DNA of 37,042 bases from an uncultured virus (IMG/VR IMGVR_UViG_3300030294_000014) (Duplodnaviria > Heunggongvirae > Uroviricota > Caudoviricetes), in the IMG/VR virus record IMGVR_UViG_3300030294_000014, one strand, 5' to 3'. Below are positions 1 through 8,658 of this stretch, in pieces (the first letter of the stretch is position 1; every line of letters starts with the position of its first letter). The notes beneath the pieces are model-generated. The model made no database searches. It saw nothing but the letters and a program-made list of their open reading frames with translations, and was not told where the DNA came from. The translations under genes and the position numbers were made by a program.

Positions 1-543
1 AGCCCAAGCGTACCCACAATGATCATGTACTTCTCTTCCTACTTTAAAATATCCCTTACCCGAAAAATTGCCTTCGTTAAGATGTTCATAGATACTTCCA
101 TAATTCTTTTGATAGGGATTGAAATTTCTATCTAGGTCAAGAGCTTCTGAGAACATCTGTATAACATCGTAATGTTGTAAAAGATTTATTGTTTCATCTA
201 CCCAATTGAAATTTACAAACTGTATGTCATCGTCGATACAAGCTACATACTTCCAATCTTCAGGCAATTTAGAAATTCCTATATTCAATAAATTTTCTTT
301 TAACCAAATCTCGCTATCGTTGTGAACTTTTATAGGTACAACGATATGATTTTCTCCTAGTGATACAATAACGGGTTGCCGATCTTCAAAGACTGCTTCA
401 ACGGTAATCATTACGGCTCCTGCGTCAATAATTCTCTTTACAAATTCCATATGATGCTTCCAACGAGTTTCATATCTTTGAGAATTAAAAATTGAGCTAA
501 CAACATATAACGTAGCTCTAACAGAATCTTTCTTTTCAAACAT
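1..543 (-). CDS. GT-A fold glycosyltransferase-like protein (3' end outside window)
   Basis: Not in ORF track; translated by hand from ATG at 543: MFEKKDSVRATLYVVSSIFNSQRYETRWKHH...EIWLKENLLNIGISKLPEDWKYVACIDDDIQFVNFNWVDETINLLQHYDVIQMFS. The K-x-x-L-x-N-x-G segment followed by a hydrophobic strand and DxD is typical of GT-A. Frame is open to position 1. Confidence 0.75.
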   Translation of the reverse strand, partial: MFEKKDSVRATLYVVSSIFNSQRYETRWKHHMEFVKRIIDAGAVMITVEAVFEDRQPVIVSLGENHIVVPIKVHNDSEIWLKENLLNIGISKLPEDWKYVACIDDDIQFVNFNWVDETINLLQHYDVIQMFSEALDLDRNFNPYQKNYGSIYEHLNEGNFSGKGYFKVGREVHDHCGYAWA

Positions 544-565
544 AATTTGTATTTATTTTGTGTCG

Positions 566-1234
566 TTACTTTTCTTCTCTATCTAAGAATTTATATCCAA
601 ATGGAAAATGCTTATCGTAATCCTTTCTCAATTGACTATTTGTATAGCCGATAGGAAAATAATGAGCTATCTTGTAATATCCAAGGCGATTGGTTTTTTC
701 TAAGAAGCCTACTTTCTCTGACATATTACGAATACAATCAATCGTCGCCTTAGAATAATCTGTAAAACCCTTAGAACTTAATTCATTTATTATTCCTTGA
801 CGAGTTATGATAACTCCGACTTCTTTAGAATTTACATAATCTCGGAAGGTTGACCAAATAGTTTTCGTTTTATCTTTAATTGTACCGCTTCCTCCTAATT
901 CTTCTAATCTCCTAACTGCTTTTTTCAAAACGTCGATAACATTAGCGTTAATATAATCTCTGACGTTCTGTTGAGTTTGTGACTTTGTATCTCCTTTAAT
1001 GTAACCGCTTTTTAGCAATACTTCTCCGTCTACCTCTACATAAAGTCTTCTCAAAACTCCATCTTCGCAAACGCTCTGGTCAGAAGAAAAATTTTGTAGA
1101 AGACGAAATGTAACTTCTGCTTCGTTACTTGGCCAATATCTGGTATCGACGCTAATGATATCAAAATCCAAGTCCATCTTTCCTCCGCAGTCAGAAGAAA
1201 ATGGTATATCCTTTGTAACGTCTAATTTGTTCAT
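566..1234 (-). CDS. Hypothetical protein, possible C-terminal winged-helix DNA-binding domain
   Basis: 222 aa ORF; C-terminal ITRQGIINEL...TIDCIRNMSEKVGFLEKTNRLGYYKI has a wHTH-like pattern. Confidence 0.6.
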   Translation of the reverse strand: MNKLDVTKDIPFSSDCGGKMDLDFDIISVDTRYWPSNEAEVTFRLLQNFSSDQSVCEDGVLRRLYVEVDGEVLLKSGYIKGDTKSQTQQNVRDYINANVIDVLKKAVRRLEELGGSGTIKDKTKTIWSTFRDYVNSKEVGVIITRQGIINELSSKGFTDYSKATIDCIRNMSEKVGFLEKTNRLGYYKIAHYFPIGYTNSQLRKDYDKHFPFGYKFLDREEK

Positions 1235-1770
1235 ATCTTTTCTTTCTTAAGATTCTCACGTAAGTCTCTAACGTTCAAAGATAGTTCTTTCGATATCGCC
1301 ATAGTTTTTTCAATTGAATCGGAAGAGCCTACTAAAATAGTATAAGCTTCGGGAAACTCTTCTTTTATCCTTTTGTAAGTCTTAAGCCTACGAAGAACAT
1401 TTTTAATTTGATTTCTCCGTTCATCTTGTTGATCGCATATATGATTGTATTCCTCTACATTTTCTTCAAGGATAGTCTTAAGAACAGGTTCATTGACAAG
1501 TTCTTCGGCTCTTTCAAATATTGGAGTATTTGGATAAATATACCACCAACTTCCCAATAATTGAACTCCTATACAATCTTGTACTTTTAGTTTATCGCCA
1601 TATTTAGAATGCCAAAAATCAATTACTTCTTTCGGAAGATTTTCTACGCAAGCTTTGCCTACGATATTATTGACTTTCTCTTTAATCTCTTTTCTTTTAT
1701 CGTCATAAGGTTTCAAAAGATTCAAACAAACCTTCTCAATTTTTACTTCTGAAATAACTTCTCTTCCCAT
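1231..1770 (-). CDS. Nmad5-like (nucleotide modification associated domain 5) helical protein
   Basis: 179 aa; C-terminal IKNVLRRLKTYKRIKEEFPEAYTIL resembles the Nmad5 signature T-x-K-x-L-x-x-x-(W/F)PEA. Confidence 0.6.
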   Translation of the reverse strand: MGREVISEVKIEKVCLNLLKPYDDKRKEIKEKVNNIVGKACVENLPKEVIDFWHSKYGDKLKVQDCIGVQLLGSWWYIYPNTPIFERAEELVNEPVLKTILEENVEEYNHICDQQDERRNQIKNVLRRLKTYKRIKEEFPEAYTILVGSSDSIEKTMAISKELSLNVRDLRENLKKEKI

Positions 1771-1809
1771 GATATTTATATGTTAAATAATTTTTATTTT
1801 AAAACTTTG

Positions 1810-2220
1810 TTAAAGAATATGTCTATAAATTAAAGTATTGAATATTCCTATCGGCGTCATTATCAATAATACCCAGAACGTATTCCAAAAGCCGAATGTC
1901 ATCAACACATTTATATTGTCGGCTCCCATGACTTGTAATAAAGATAGTATTAGAAATACAGGAAATGCTACTGAAAATACAGCTCCCATTATTCCGAAGA
2001 ATGTTATTATAAGTAAAGAAGGAAGAAAGAAAACTATATCTCCAGCGATAAAAATAATAGAAACAACAATAAATCTGACTATATTGTTTAATATTCCGCA
2101 AGTGTAAAAGTCTGGAGAAGTAGATATTATATATAAAAAAGATATAATGTGTATTAACACTATATAGGGAACGGTGAATCTTTCTGTCTTCCAATAAATC
2201 TTTCTTATAAGTCTTTTCAT
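1810..2220 (-). CDS. Multi-pass membrane protein
   Basis: 136 aa with about 4 long hydrophobic segments; ATGA overlap with the upstream gene. Confidence 0.7.
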   Translation of the reverse strand: MKRLIRKIYWKTERFTVPYIVLIHIISFLYIISTSPDFYTCGILNNIVRFIVVSIIFIAGDIVFFLPSLLIITFFGIMGAVFSVAFPVFLILSLLQVMGADNINVLMTFGFWNTFWVLLIMTPIGIFNTLIYRHIL

Positions 2221-2510
2221 AATCCGTCTTTTTCGTAAATATCTCTATGAGTAACATATGCGCAGTTACAACTTCTTTCGATTACAAAATGTTTTGTTTT
2301 AGGGCATTCTAAAATAAGTCTATCTACCATTTGACAAATCTCATACCCTTTCATATCTCTTCTGTCCCAGCGACATACTACAATTTGCATATCGTAAGAA
2401 TTTGTAATATTCATTCCAATAGCTCCTTTCTCCTTGAAGAAATTAGCTATTAAGAGTTGTTCTCGGTTTCTCTCTGATATAAGTTCTAAAGACTTTTTTA
2501 TATTTCCCAT
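2217..2510 (-). CDS. Hypothetical protein
   Basis: 97 aa ORF tightly packed with neighbours. Confidence 0.65.
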   Translation of the reverse strand: MGNIKKSLELISERNREQLLIANFFKEKGAIGMNITNSYDMQIVVCRWDRRDMKGYEICQMVDRLILECPKTKHFVIERSCNCAYVTHRDIYEKDGL

Positions 2511-2511
2511 A

Positions 2512-2715
2512 TCATTTAATCTTTACGAAATTAATGTGATTACCATCTTTTCTTCTAGGAGAACAACGTCCATCGTATTCTAAATTTTTATGGCATCTGT
2601 CCATAATATTGGGAATATTGTAATGACATTGTTCGCAACCAAAACCTTCAGCTTTAGTTACTTTTAGTTTTGTACCGTCTTCGCTAGTAAATACTTCTCC
2701 AACCTTTCTATCCAT
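2512..2715 (-). CDS. Small Cys-rich protein (RKxGEVF...CxxC...C...RKD family), paralog of 2728..2940
   Basis: MDRKVGEVF...GCEQCHY...C...C..RRKDGNHINFVK. Confidence 0.7.
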   Translation of the reverse strand: MDRKVGEVFTSEDGTKLKVTKAEGFGCEQCHYNIPNIMDRCHKNLEYDGRCSPRRKDGNHINFVKIK

Positions 2716-2727
2716 ATTATTTAATTT

Positions 2728-2940
2728 TTACGAAATTAATGTTATTTCTTCTATTGAAGCTAAGGGGAAACAAACATCAATTTGATCTTTCCTCTCTTTT
2801 GCCATACATCTAAATGAACTACATTCTTCTTCTATTAATATACAATCTGTACAATTACATAGCCCCGAACGCTCTACACACTTAGCTAATTTACCACTTG
2901 GGGTTTGAAAAACTTCTCCTATTTTTCTTTCTTTTTCCAT
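2728..2940 (-). CDS. Small Cys-rich protein, paralog of 2512..2715
   Basis: ERKIGEVF...CTDC...C...C..KERKDQIDVCF. Confidence 0.7.
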   Translation of the reverse strand: MEKERKIGEVFQTPSGKLAKCVERSGLCNCTDCILIEEECSSFRCMAKERKDQIDVCFPLASIEEITLIS

Positions 2941-2941
2941 A

Positions 2942-3193
2942 TTATTTATCTTTCAAAGGAATTATACTTATTATCTCTATTGGAGCCGTTGTAGAAACAA
3001 ACGCTTCTTGTTCAGGAAAACCTGTGGCGACTAAATAATTTGAACCTCTCTCACTTTCTACTGTAAATTTTCCACGAGCTGTTACGACGCAAGTATCGTT
3101 TCTATCTACATAATGAATAACATACTTGCATATTGATCTTCCACCGCAACTTGTTAATATAAAAACGACTATTATTAAAGCTAATTCTTTCAT
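2942..3193 (-). CDS. Predicted lipoprotein
   Basis: MKELALIIVVFILTSC: signal peptide with LTSC lipobox. Confidence 0.7.
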   Translation of the reverse strand: MKELALIIVVFILTSCGGRSICKYVIHYVDRNDTCVVTARGKFTVESERGSNYLVATGFPEQEAFVSTTAPIEIISIIPLKDK

Positions 3194-3399
3194 ACAATTA
3201 CTCCTTCCTCTATATCATCGTCAATGACAACTCCGTTCAATTTATAACCGTGCACACGAGGAGGTGAGTTTGATTTACAAGATTGACTATTATAAAACGC
3301 GTTCTTGTGCTCTCTTCCTTCTCTTTCAGCTTTAACAAGTCTCTTATATTCTTCAAGAGACATAGTTACGCTATTATTTTGTAAATCTATTTTAATCAT
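3190..3399 (-). CDS. Hypothetical protein
   Basis: 69 aa; VTMSLEEYKRL motif is common in small phage proteins; ATGA overlaps on both sides. Confidence 0.6.
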   Translation of the reverse strand: MIKIDLQNNSVTMSLEEYKRLVKAEREGREHKNAFYNSQSCKSNSPPRVHGYKLNGVVIDDDIEEGVIV

Positions 3400-3833
3400 C
3401 CTTCTTTCTTTTGATCATTACTTAATTCTGACATAATAGCCTTAGCATAGCCAATACTTCGTTTAGCCGTACCTTTAAAATCAATATAGTTTTGAACATT
3501 CTTAGCAATCTCTTCTATCATAGCGGTTTTAATTAAATCATAATAAAACTGTTTAGCGAAGTCGCAATCTTTTACACCCTCTACGAACTTTCTTTGTTTT
3601 TGCTCTTTGGTATCATAATATTCGGGCATTATATTTTTATTAGCCTTAATATTATCCGCATAAAGTTCATCAAAATCTATACCGACTTCTGGTATAGTTA
3701 ACTCGTATGAACTATAACAAGTTTTCTCTCCATCTACAACTGAAGAATACGTAGTTTGATGTCTTTTGCCAGTTTCTTCATAGTCTAAGTTCACATTAAC
3801 TATCTTCTTTGTTTTTATAACTTCTGCTTCCAT
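3396..3833 (-). CDS. Hypothetical protein
   Basis: 145 aa ORF preceded by AGGAG. Confidence 0.7.
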   Translation of the reverse strand: MEAEVIKTKKIVNVNLDYEETGKRHQTTYSSVVDGEKTCYSSYELTIPEVGIDFDELYADNIKANKNIMPEYYDTKEQKQRKFVEGVKDCDFAKQFYYDLIKTAMIEEIAKNVQNYIDFKGTAKRSIGYAKAIMSELSNDQKKEG

Positions 3834-3845
3834 TATTATTTTCTC

Positions 3846-4237
3846 CTATCCTCTAAATGTTTCTATTCTTTGTCCAAGTTTCAAAATAAATACGTCTTCA
3901 TTAGGTGCTCCCCATTTAGGATTGCCCATACCGACCTTTATACTATCTAATCTGAACAACATATGTTTCTTTGTATATCCTCTGTACAATCTTACATATT
4001 GAAAAGGATAAGGCGGACAACCATCTATTTCATCTGATCCTACACATTGTGTATACAATCTCCATCGCAAAGAGGTTGCTCACGTTTAACCTTGCTATTT
4101 TGAAAGTGATAACAAAATCTCTTTATCCAAAATGGTTTTATTTCTCGATATTCTTCAGGTTTCTCTCCTGATTCTATCATATCGTACCATTTACCCTTCA
4201 ATACAAGGGTTACCATAATAACTTTTTTAACACCCAT
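3846..4237 (-). pseudogene. ASCH-domain protein split by a frameshift near 4046-4052
   Basis: The N-half (LVLKGKWYDMIESGEKPEEYREIKPFWIKR, ASCH GxKxxExR motif) is in ORF 4040..4237. The C-half (VRLYRGYTKKHMLFRLDSIKVGMGNPKWGAP...VFILKLG) is in ORF 3846..4070, a different frame. Confidence 0.8.
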
Positions 4238-4544
4238 ATAATTCGTTTTGTAATAAATTTATTATCGTATCAGCGTATTTCACGGCGGTATCTGAAATAT
4301 ACTTCATATTCAAAGTACTATTTAATGCATCCTTACAACTACCTACCATAGTATTTATAAGAGAAGACGTTAATTCATATCTTCTTTGTTCCCAATCAAT
4401 ATCGGAACTTTTTTCTTCTAAAAGCTCAATCTTGTCAAGTCCTACTTCTATGGGGTCTCCCGAACTATTACATTTATCAAGAGTAATCGTAGCATAAGAA
4501 GCAACATTGATTATTTCGTCAGTATCTTTTAATCTTACCTTCAT
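4227..4544 (-). CDS. Hypothetical protein (IDWEQRRYE...AVxYAD family)
   Basis: 105 aa; IDWEQRRYEL and AVKYADTII motifs, recalled from small Bacteroidota-phage proteins. Confidence 0.7.
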   Translation of the reverse strand: MKVRLKDTDEIINVASYATITLDKCNSSGDPIEVGLDKIELLEEKSSDIDWEQRRYELTSSLINTMVGSCKDALNSTLNMKYISDTAVKYADTIINLLQNELYGC

Positions 4545-4556
4545 AATATTTTATTT

Positions 4557-5027
4557 TCAATATCCGTAGCTCAAAGAAAATTTATCGTAACTTCCATTCA
4601 TTCTAGTAATAGGAGTTTCATTAGATTGTACGCAAACCGTATGAGTGCACATATGTTCATAACTAAACTTAATATTCTTCGTTATTTGATATTTAACTCC
4701 GATGTTAAAACTTACCTGTTGAGGAGAAAAGTTTCCAGGAAGGGGCGACCCCTTAAGCCCACAATAAACTGTATTGTCGAAATATACGCTTGCCCTCTTA
4801 TACTGATATTCTAATCCGTACTTGATTATGATTGGAGGTTGCTCATACTTTATCATGGCATCTCCGATAGTAGTAGCAACAACTCCAGGAGAAGTCGTTG
4901 TAATCTTTTGAGATTGCACAAAGACATATGATGGTTGAAGTTCATAAGATATAGCAACTTTGGGCTTAAGTTGTCCAAATGCCGGTATAGCTACTAAAGC
5001 TAACAACAATAAAGTTTTCTTTTTCAT
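4557..5027 (-). CDS. Secreted, probable outer-membrane beta-barrel protein
   Basis: Sec signal MKKKTLLLLALVAIPAFG; alternating strands (YGLEYQY, FNIGVKYQI, IKFSYEH); C-terminal aromatic beta-signal FSLSYGY. Confidence 0.65.
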   Translation of the reverse strand: MKKKTLLLLALVAIPAFGQLKPKVAISYELQPSYVFVQSQKITTTSPGVVATTIGDAMIKYEQPPIIIKYGLEYQYKRASVYFDNTVYCGLKGSPLPGNFSPQQVSFNIGVKYQITKNIKFSYEHMCTHTVCVQSNETPITRMNGSYDKFSLSYGY

Positions 5028-5103
5028 AACAATAATTTTTAGGATGTTTCTTCTTATCGGTCTTATCTTTTTTATTCTTTGATGTCATATCGTCCCTTCC
5101 TCT

Positions 5104-5289
5104 TTAATAACAACCGCAATTGTTATTCATTTCTTTTAATAACGCTCTTATTTTGATTGTTTTCTTTTTGGGTAAAGTACTGACCTGATATTCTAAGGCG
5201 GCTATTAAGATTTTTGCCTCCTTTAAAGAAGCTATCATTATTAATTCTTTGGGTGTTCCTTTTTCTAATTGTTCGTCAAAATATCTCAT
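5104..5289 (-). CDS. Hypothetical protein
   Basis: 61 aa ORF, 1 nt from the upstream stop. Confidence 0.55.
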   Translation of the reverse strand: MRYFDEQLEKGTPKELIMIASLKEAKILIAALEYQVSTLPKKKTIKIRALLKEMNNNCGCY

Positions 5290-5290
5290 A

Positions 5291-5743
5291 TCATTCCTCT
5301 CCTTCGTCTTTTACATTCCAATTAAAAGCTTTTATCTCTTTGATAAAGTTATTTGAATAATCTTGTATAGCGCATACAGATATTCTTCTTTCAAAGCCTA
5401 ACTCCTCAGGTTTGATTATATCCAATATGCAATCAGTTATTTCTTTCGGGGTGTCCTTACTTATCTTCCTTAGTCCTATCTCTTTATTTACCACGTCCTC
5501 CAATGTTTTAAATGGTAAGTAATGAGTTACTATATTCGTATATTGTAAAACCTTCCCCGTTTTTGTTATTAATACAGAAAACGCTCCGAAGTCTCCGTAT
5601 TGTCCTTGCAATACCTTTCCGTCTTTAGTTCTAAACAAACAATGCTCCCCATCTTCTGGATGAGAAGTAAAAGGATTATATATTGTCCAATACTTTATTT
5701 CCTTTGTTGCTAAAGAAGACTTAATAAGAATAGACTTTTTCAT
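5291..5743 (-). CDS. Hypothetical protein with DUF551-like segment
   Basis: W...PEDGEHCLF...VTHYLP resembles the DUF551 pattern (P..G..VL...VTHWMP). Confidence 0.55.
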   Translation of the reverse strand: MKKSILIKSSLATKEIKYWTIYNPFTSHPEDGEHCLFRTKDGKVLQGQYGDFGAFSVLITKTGKVLQYTNIVTHYLPFKTLEDVVNKEIGLRKISKDTPKEITDCILDIIKPEELGFERRISVCAIQDYSNNFIKEIKAFNWNVKDEGEE

Positions 5744-5747
5744 AATA

Positions 5748-6113
5748 TTATTTCTTTACAATTTTGTAACCTAATTGATCTAACTCATCAAGAAGGACAG
5801 CTCCTAACTTCCAAACAGTTTTATAATAATCGCAAGACATTCTATAATTTAAAGCCGCTGAAGTAGCGACATCTATTTCTTCTAAGGTAAAACGATTCAT
5901 TACTTCTTCCTTATGGATATTTTCAATGTCTGAGGCGGTTTGTTTATAGTACCAACCGTTTAACTCATATACGCGCTTCTTTGCAGCTTCGGGGCTTGTC
6001 TTTGTCTCGTGTATATTCTCATCTTGGATGACCCCAATATCTGAAGTTTTGCCTCTTCGAAAGATTGACCAACTCCCTCCGCTCTTTGTATAATAGTAAT
6101 CTCCTTCTTTCAT
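5748..6113 (-). CDS. Hypothetical protein
   Basis: 121 aa ORF, ATGA overlap; AKKRVYELNGW motif. Confidence 0.7.
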   Translation of the reverse strand: MKEGDYYYTKSGGSWSIFRRGKTSDIGVIQDENIHETKTSPEAAKKRVYELNGWYYKQTASDIENIHKEEVMNRFTLEEIDVATSAALNYRMSCDYYKTVWKLGAVLLDELDQLGYKIVKK

Positions 6114-6532
6114 GGTATTTGTTCAATTACATCTGATAAATATTGTCCTTTGTTTAAAATTATATGATCGCAATAGCTTTGTTCCTTTAGTTCATTTATC
6201 CAGGTCTCCCAATATTTCATGAAAACTCCTATGAAATTTGAAGAGTCATCTCTTTCGATATATCTATCAAGATACTCATTTCTTAATTCAATACTTGGGT
6301 AAACAAGAGTTATTTTAAAACCTTCCTTTTTTAAAAGTTTTAATCCTTCGGGGTCAGTTGCTATGAAAATATACTTTCTATTTCTAAAATATTTCCATAC
6401 ATCTTCAATATATTGTTTGTGCCTACCTTCTTTATACCTCCAATATTCAATCTCAACGCAATTTAAATTATCCTTCTCGGTCAAGTACGTTTTACCCGTT
6501 CCGCAAAACGCGGCTATTATCTTTGTTTTCAT
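6110..6532 (-). CDS. Small P-loop NTPase, nucleotide-kinase-like
   Basis: N-terminal Walker A IIAAFCGTGKTYL; LVYP...EYLDRYIER lid-like segment; 140 aa. Confidence 0.7.
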   Translation of the reverse strand: MKTKIIAAFCGTGKTYLTEKDNLNCVEIEYWRYKEGRHKQYIEDVWKYFRNRKYIFIATDPEGLKLLKKEGFKITLVYPSIELRNEYLDRYIERDDSSNFIGVFMKYWETWINELKEQSYCDHIILNKGQYLSDVIEQIP

Positions 6533-6798
6533 AACGCTTTGAACCTTATTTTTAACGCCTCAAGAGTTTGTTTTATATCCTCTCTTATCATTTCATAAAT
6601 TTTTAAATAATTTTCTGAATGAATTAGGTTTATAGAAAGCTTAGCTTCTTCACTAGTAATAGTTACAATAGGCTCGGCTTCTCCTCTAATTCCAATGGTC
6701 AATTCTTCTGAAGTTAATTGAAACTTTTCAAGAATCTTCTCGTATCTATTTATTTGTTCAGATAAATAGTTTGCTATATCTAATTTCTCTTTATTCAT
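6529..6798 (-). CDS. Hypothetical protein
   Basis: 89 aa helical ORF in the packed array. Confidence 0.65.
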   Translation of the reverse strand: MNKEKLDIANYLSEQINRYEKILEKFQLTSEELTIGIRGEAEPIVTITSEEAKLSINLIHSENYLKIYEMIREDIKQTLEALKIRFKAL

Positions 6799-6801
6799 AT
6801 T

Positions 6802-7098
6802 TTATTTCACAATTGATAATTTATATCCTAAGTCTCCGTGAACGCCTAATGCGTTAAAAGTATAGTCAATGAGCTTTCCGTATATCTCATCCATTACAAT
6901 ATAGAATATAACCTTGGGTAAGGGCTTACCAATCAACTCTACGTACTGATTATAAAGTACGTGTTTAGGAGTAGCTTGCTCTACTTCCACAAAACAATCT
7001 TTCAATGGTTTCATATCGGTTAATCCGTGAGATTCTGGGTTTGTCATTAACTCCTTATAAGCCGCTACCGATTCTTCGCATAATATTAGTTCTTTCAT
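6802..7098 (-). CDS. Hypothetical protein
   Basis: 98 aa ORF overlapping the upstream stop. Confidence 0.65.
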   Translation of the reverse strand: MKELILCEESVAAYKELMTNPESHGLTDMKPLKDCFVEVEQATPKHVLYNQYVELIGKPLPKVIFYIVMDEIYGKLIDYTFNALGVHGDLGYKLSIVK

Positions 7099-8321
7099 TT
7101 CTTTTTCTCTCCACTATAATATTCTTTGTTCTTATTTCTATATTCTCCCTCTTTGGTCTTACTAGGAGGAACTTTGTCTTTGCCTCTTCCCTGGCCTCTC
7201 TCAATTACTTCTTCATCCTGAGCCAAGGGTCTTTTACTTTCCGCTTTAGAATCGAACCCCGCTTGACGAGCTTCCATCTCATCCTTTTGCTTTCTTATCT
7301 TCGAAAGGAATAAGGCTTTTGTACGTTCAGCGGAACTCTTTTCTACTTCTGTAACTTCTTCTGGGCGTACATCTACAATCTCTTTAGAAGCTATCTTCTC
7401 TATCTTTGTGAAATCATAAGCGGATGTAGAAGGATATTTCATTTCAGCGTCGGGGTCATATTCTCCTCCTATATCTACAAACTTTGAATAATAAGAGTTA
7501 TGTAATCCAGCAATCAACTTCATTGGAGCGATATTCATTCTTGCTGAAACTCTACCCAATATAATCTCTTTTAAATTAATAGTTTTAAATACCTCTTGCT
7601 GTATATGATTTTGTATAGATACTTCTATGTTAACGTCCAAAGCTCCGTTAATTGTAAGCATATCTCCCTCAGATTCTTTTCTGATTTGCTCCAAGGTACG
7701 AAGCATAGAATTGTAAGCGTCTATACTATTCAAAGCAACGTACCGAGACTTCATTTTAGAATACATCCAAGCTAACTCCTCAAGCCTTGGGCGTTTATTA
7801 TAAAGTCTTACATCGGCTAGGCGATTACGGAACTCTTCGCGCTTTCTCTCTATATCTACAATATGCTTTTTGAGAACGTCTTTTACTTCATCCTCTCTTA
7901 CTATTATCCCATTATCTTCTCCCATTATCTTCACTACCTCTACTGTAGTAAACATTCTCCCCAAAAGCTCAATTATATCTTCCTCAAAAGGACTTAGTTT
8001 ATATATAGCAACTTCCTCTTTTTTCTTTCCCCCATAACAGCCCGCTCTTCCAAACGCCAAAGCTGACGCGGTCGTTATCTTTGCTCTCATTACATTATAT
8101 TGTCTCTTGAGTTCCATGACATCGTCTTGTTCCTTGGGACTGAGATGTTCAATGAGTTTTCTCAACCTATGCGGAAGCATTGCTATATTGATTTCATCTC
8201 CTTCGGAACTTACGTACATAGTATTGCGTATTACGGGATGCTTCTTTAACGCAATCATTTTCCGATATTCTTTGGGATTAATTACACCCTCTGGTATCGG
8301 AATTACTTTATTATTTTCCAT
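7095..8321 (-). CDS. Putative terminase small subunit (DUF2280-like core) with long extensions
   Basis: Central FTTVEVVKIMGEDNGI...REEFRNRLADVRLYNKRPRLEELAWMY...LEQIRKESEG parallels the DUF2280 pattern (R..F......IANK.YRL..L..M...LEQAAKE.G). Charged, basic C-tail. Confidence 0.55.
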   Translation of the reverse strand: MENNKVIPIPEGVINPKEYRKMIALKKHPVIRNTMYVSSEGDEINIAMLPHRLRKLIEHLSPKEQDDVMELKRQYNVMRAKITTASALAFGRAGCYGGKKKEEVAIYKLSPFEEDIIELLGRMFTTVEVVKIMGEDNGIIVREDEVKDVLKKHIVDIERKREEFRNRLADVRLYNKRPRLEELAWMYSKMKSRYVALNSIDAYNSMLRTLEQIRKESEGDMLTINGALDVNIEVSIQNHIQQEVFKTINLKEIILGRVSARMNIAPMKLIAGLHNSYYSKFVDIGGEYDPDAEMKYPSTSAYDFTKIEKIASKEIVDVRPEEVTEVEKSSAERTKALFLSKIRKQKDEMEARQAGFDSKAESKRPLAQDEEVIERGQGRGKDKVPPSKTKEGEYRNKNKEYYSGEKKK

Positions 8322-8344
8322 TACTCTTTTTGTTTTACAATTTT

Positions 8345-8653
8345 TTACTTTTCCCTTATATTTGTTTTTGTTAGAGTATCGGTTGCGCTTACGCTCCGTT
8401 TATTTGTTTTCTTCATTATACGCAATCTCCGTACTCTTACAACGCAAACGGGATAATGGGAAGATTGTTTGGGGTAATCCGATATTTGAATAATCTCAAA
8501 CTCTCTTCGTCTATCTAAAAAGGAAGTGATTGGAAACTTTTGCCTTTGCGAATATATAAAAACTCGAAAAGACGATAGAGAATCACGTTTGACCTCTACG
8601 TCCTTATCTTTTTTCTTAAGAACCGATAGTAATTCGGCTAATGTCATTGTCAT
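8345..8653 (-). CDS. Hypothetical basic protein
   Basis: 102 aa ORF filling the gap between neighbours. Confidence 0.55.
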   Translation of the reverse strand: MTMTLAELLSVLKKKDKDVEVKRDSLSSFRVFIYSQRQKFPITSFLDRRREFEIIQISDYPKQSSHYPVCVVRVRRLRIMKKTNKRSVSATDTLTKTNIREK

Positions 8654-8658
8654 ACTTT

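Noticed and set aside
1823..2257. Alternative 144-aa minus-strand ORF
   Set aside because: Overlaps 1810..2220 in another frame; the latter has coherent TM segments and an ATGA junction.
3833..4070. Possible TAG stop-codon reassignment (the TAG at 3846 is in frame with the next gene)
   Set aside because: All long conserved genes are intact in the standard code. The other TAG stops I checked are not followed by sensible continuations, and TAG readthrough at 4040 does not restore the ASCH domain.
4966..5088. 40-aa Lys-rich ORF (MTSKNKKDK...) with an SD-like GGAAGGG
   Set aside because: Overlaps the signal-peptide region of 4557..5027 by 62 nt; insufficient support.
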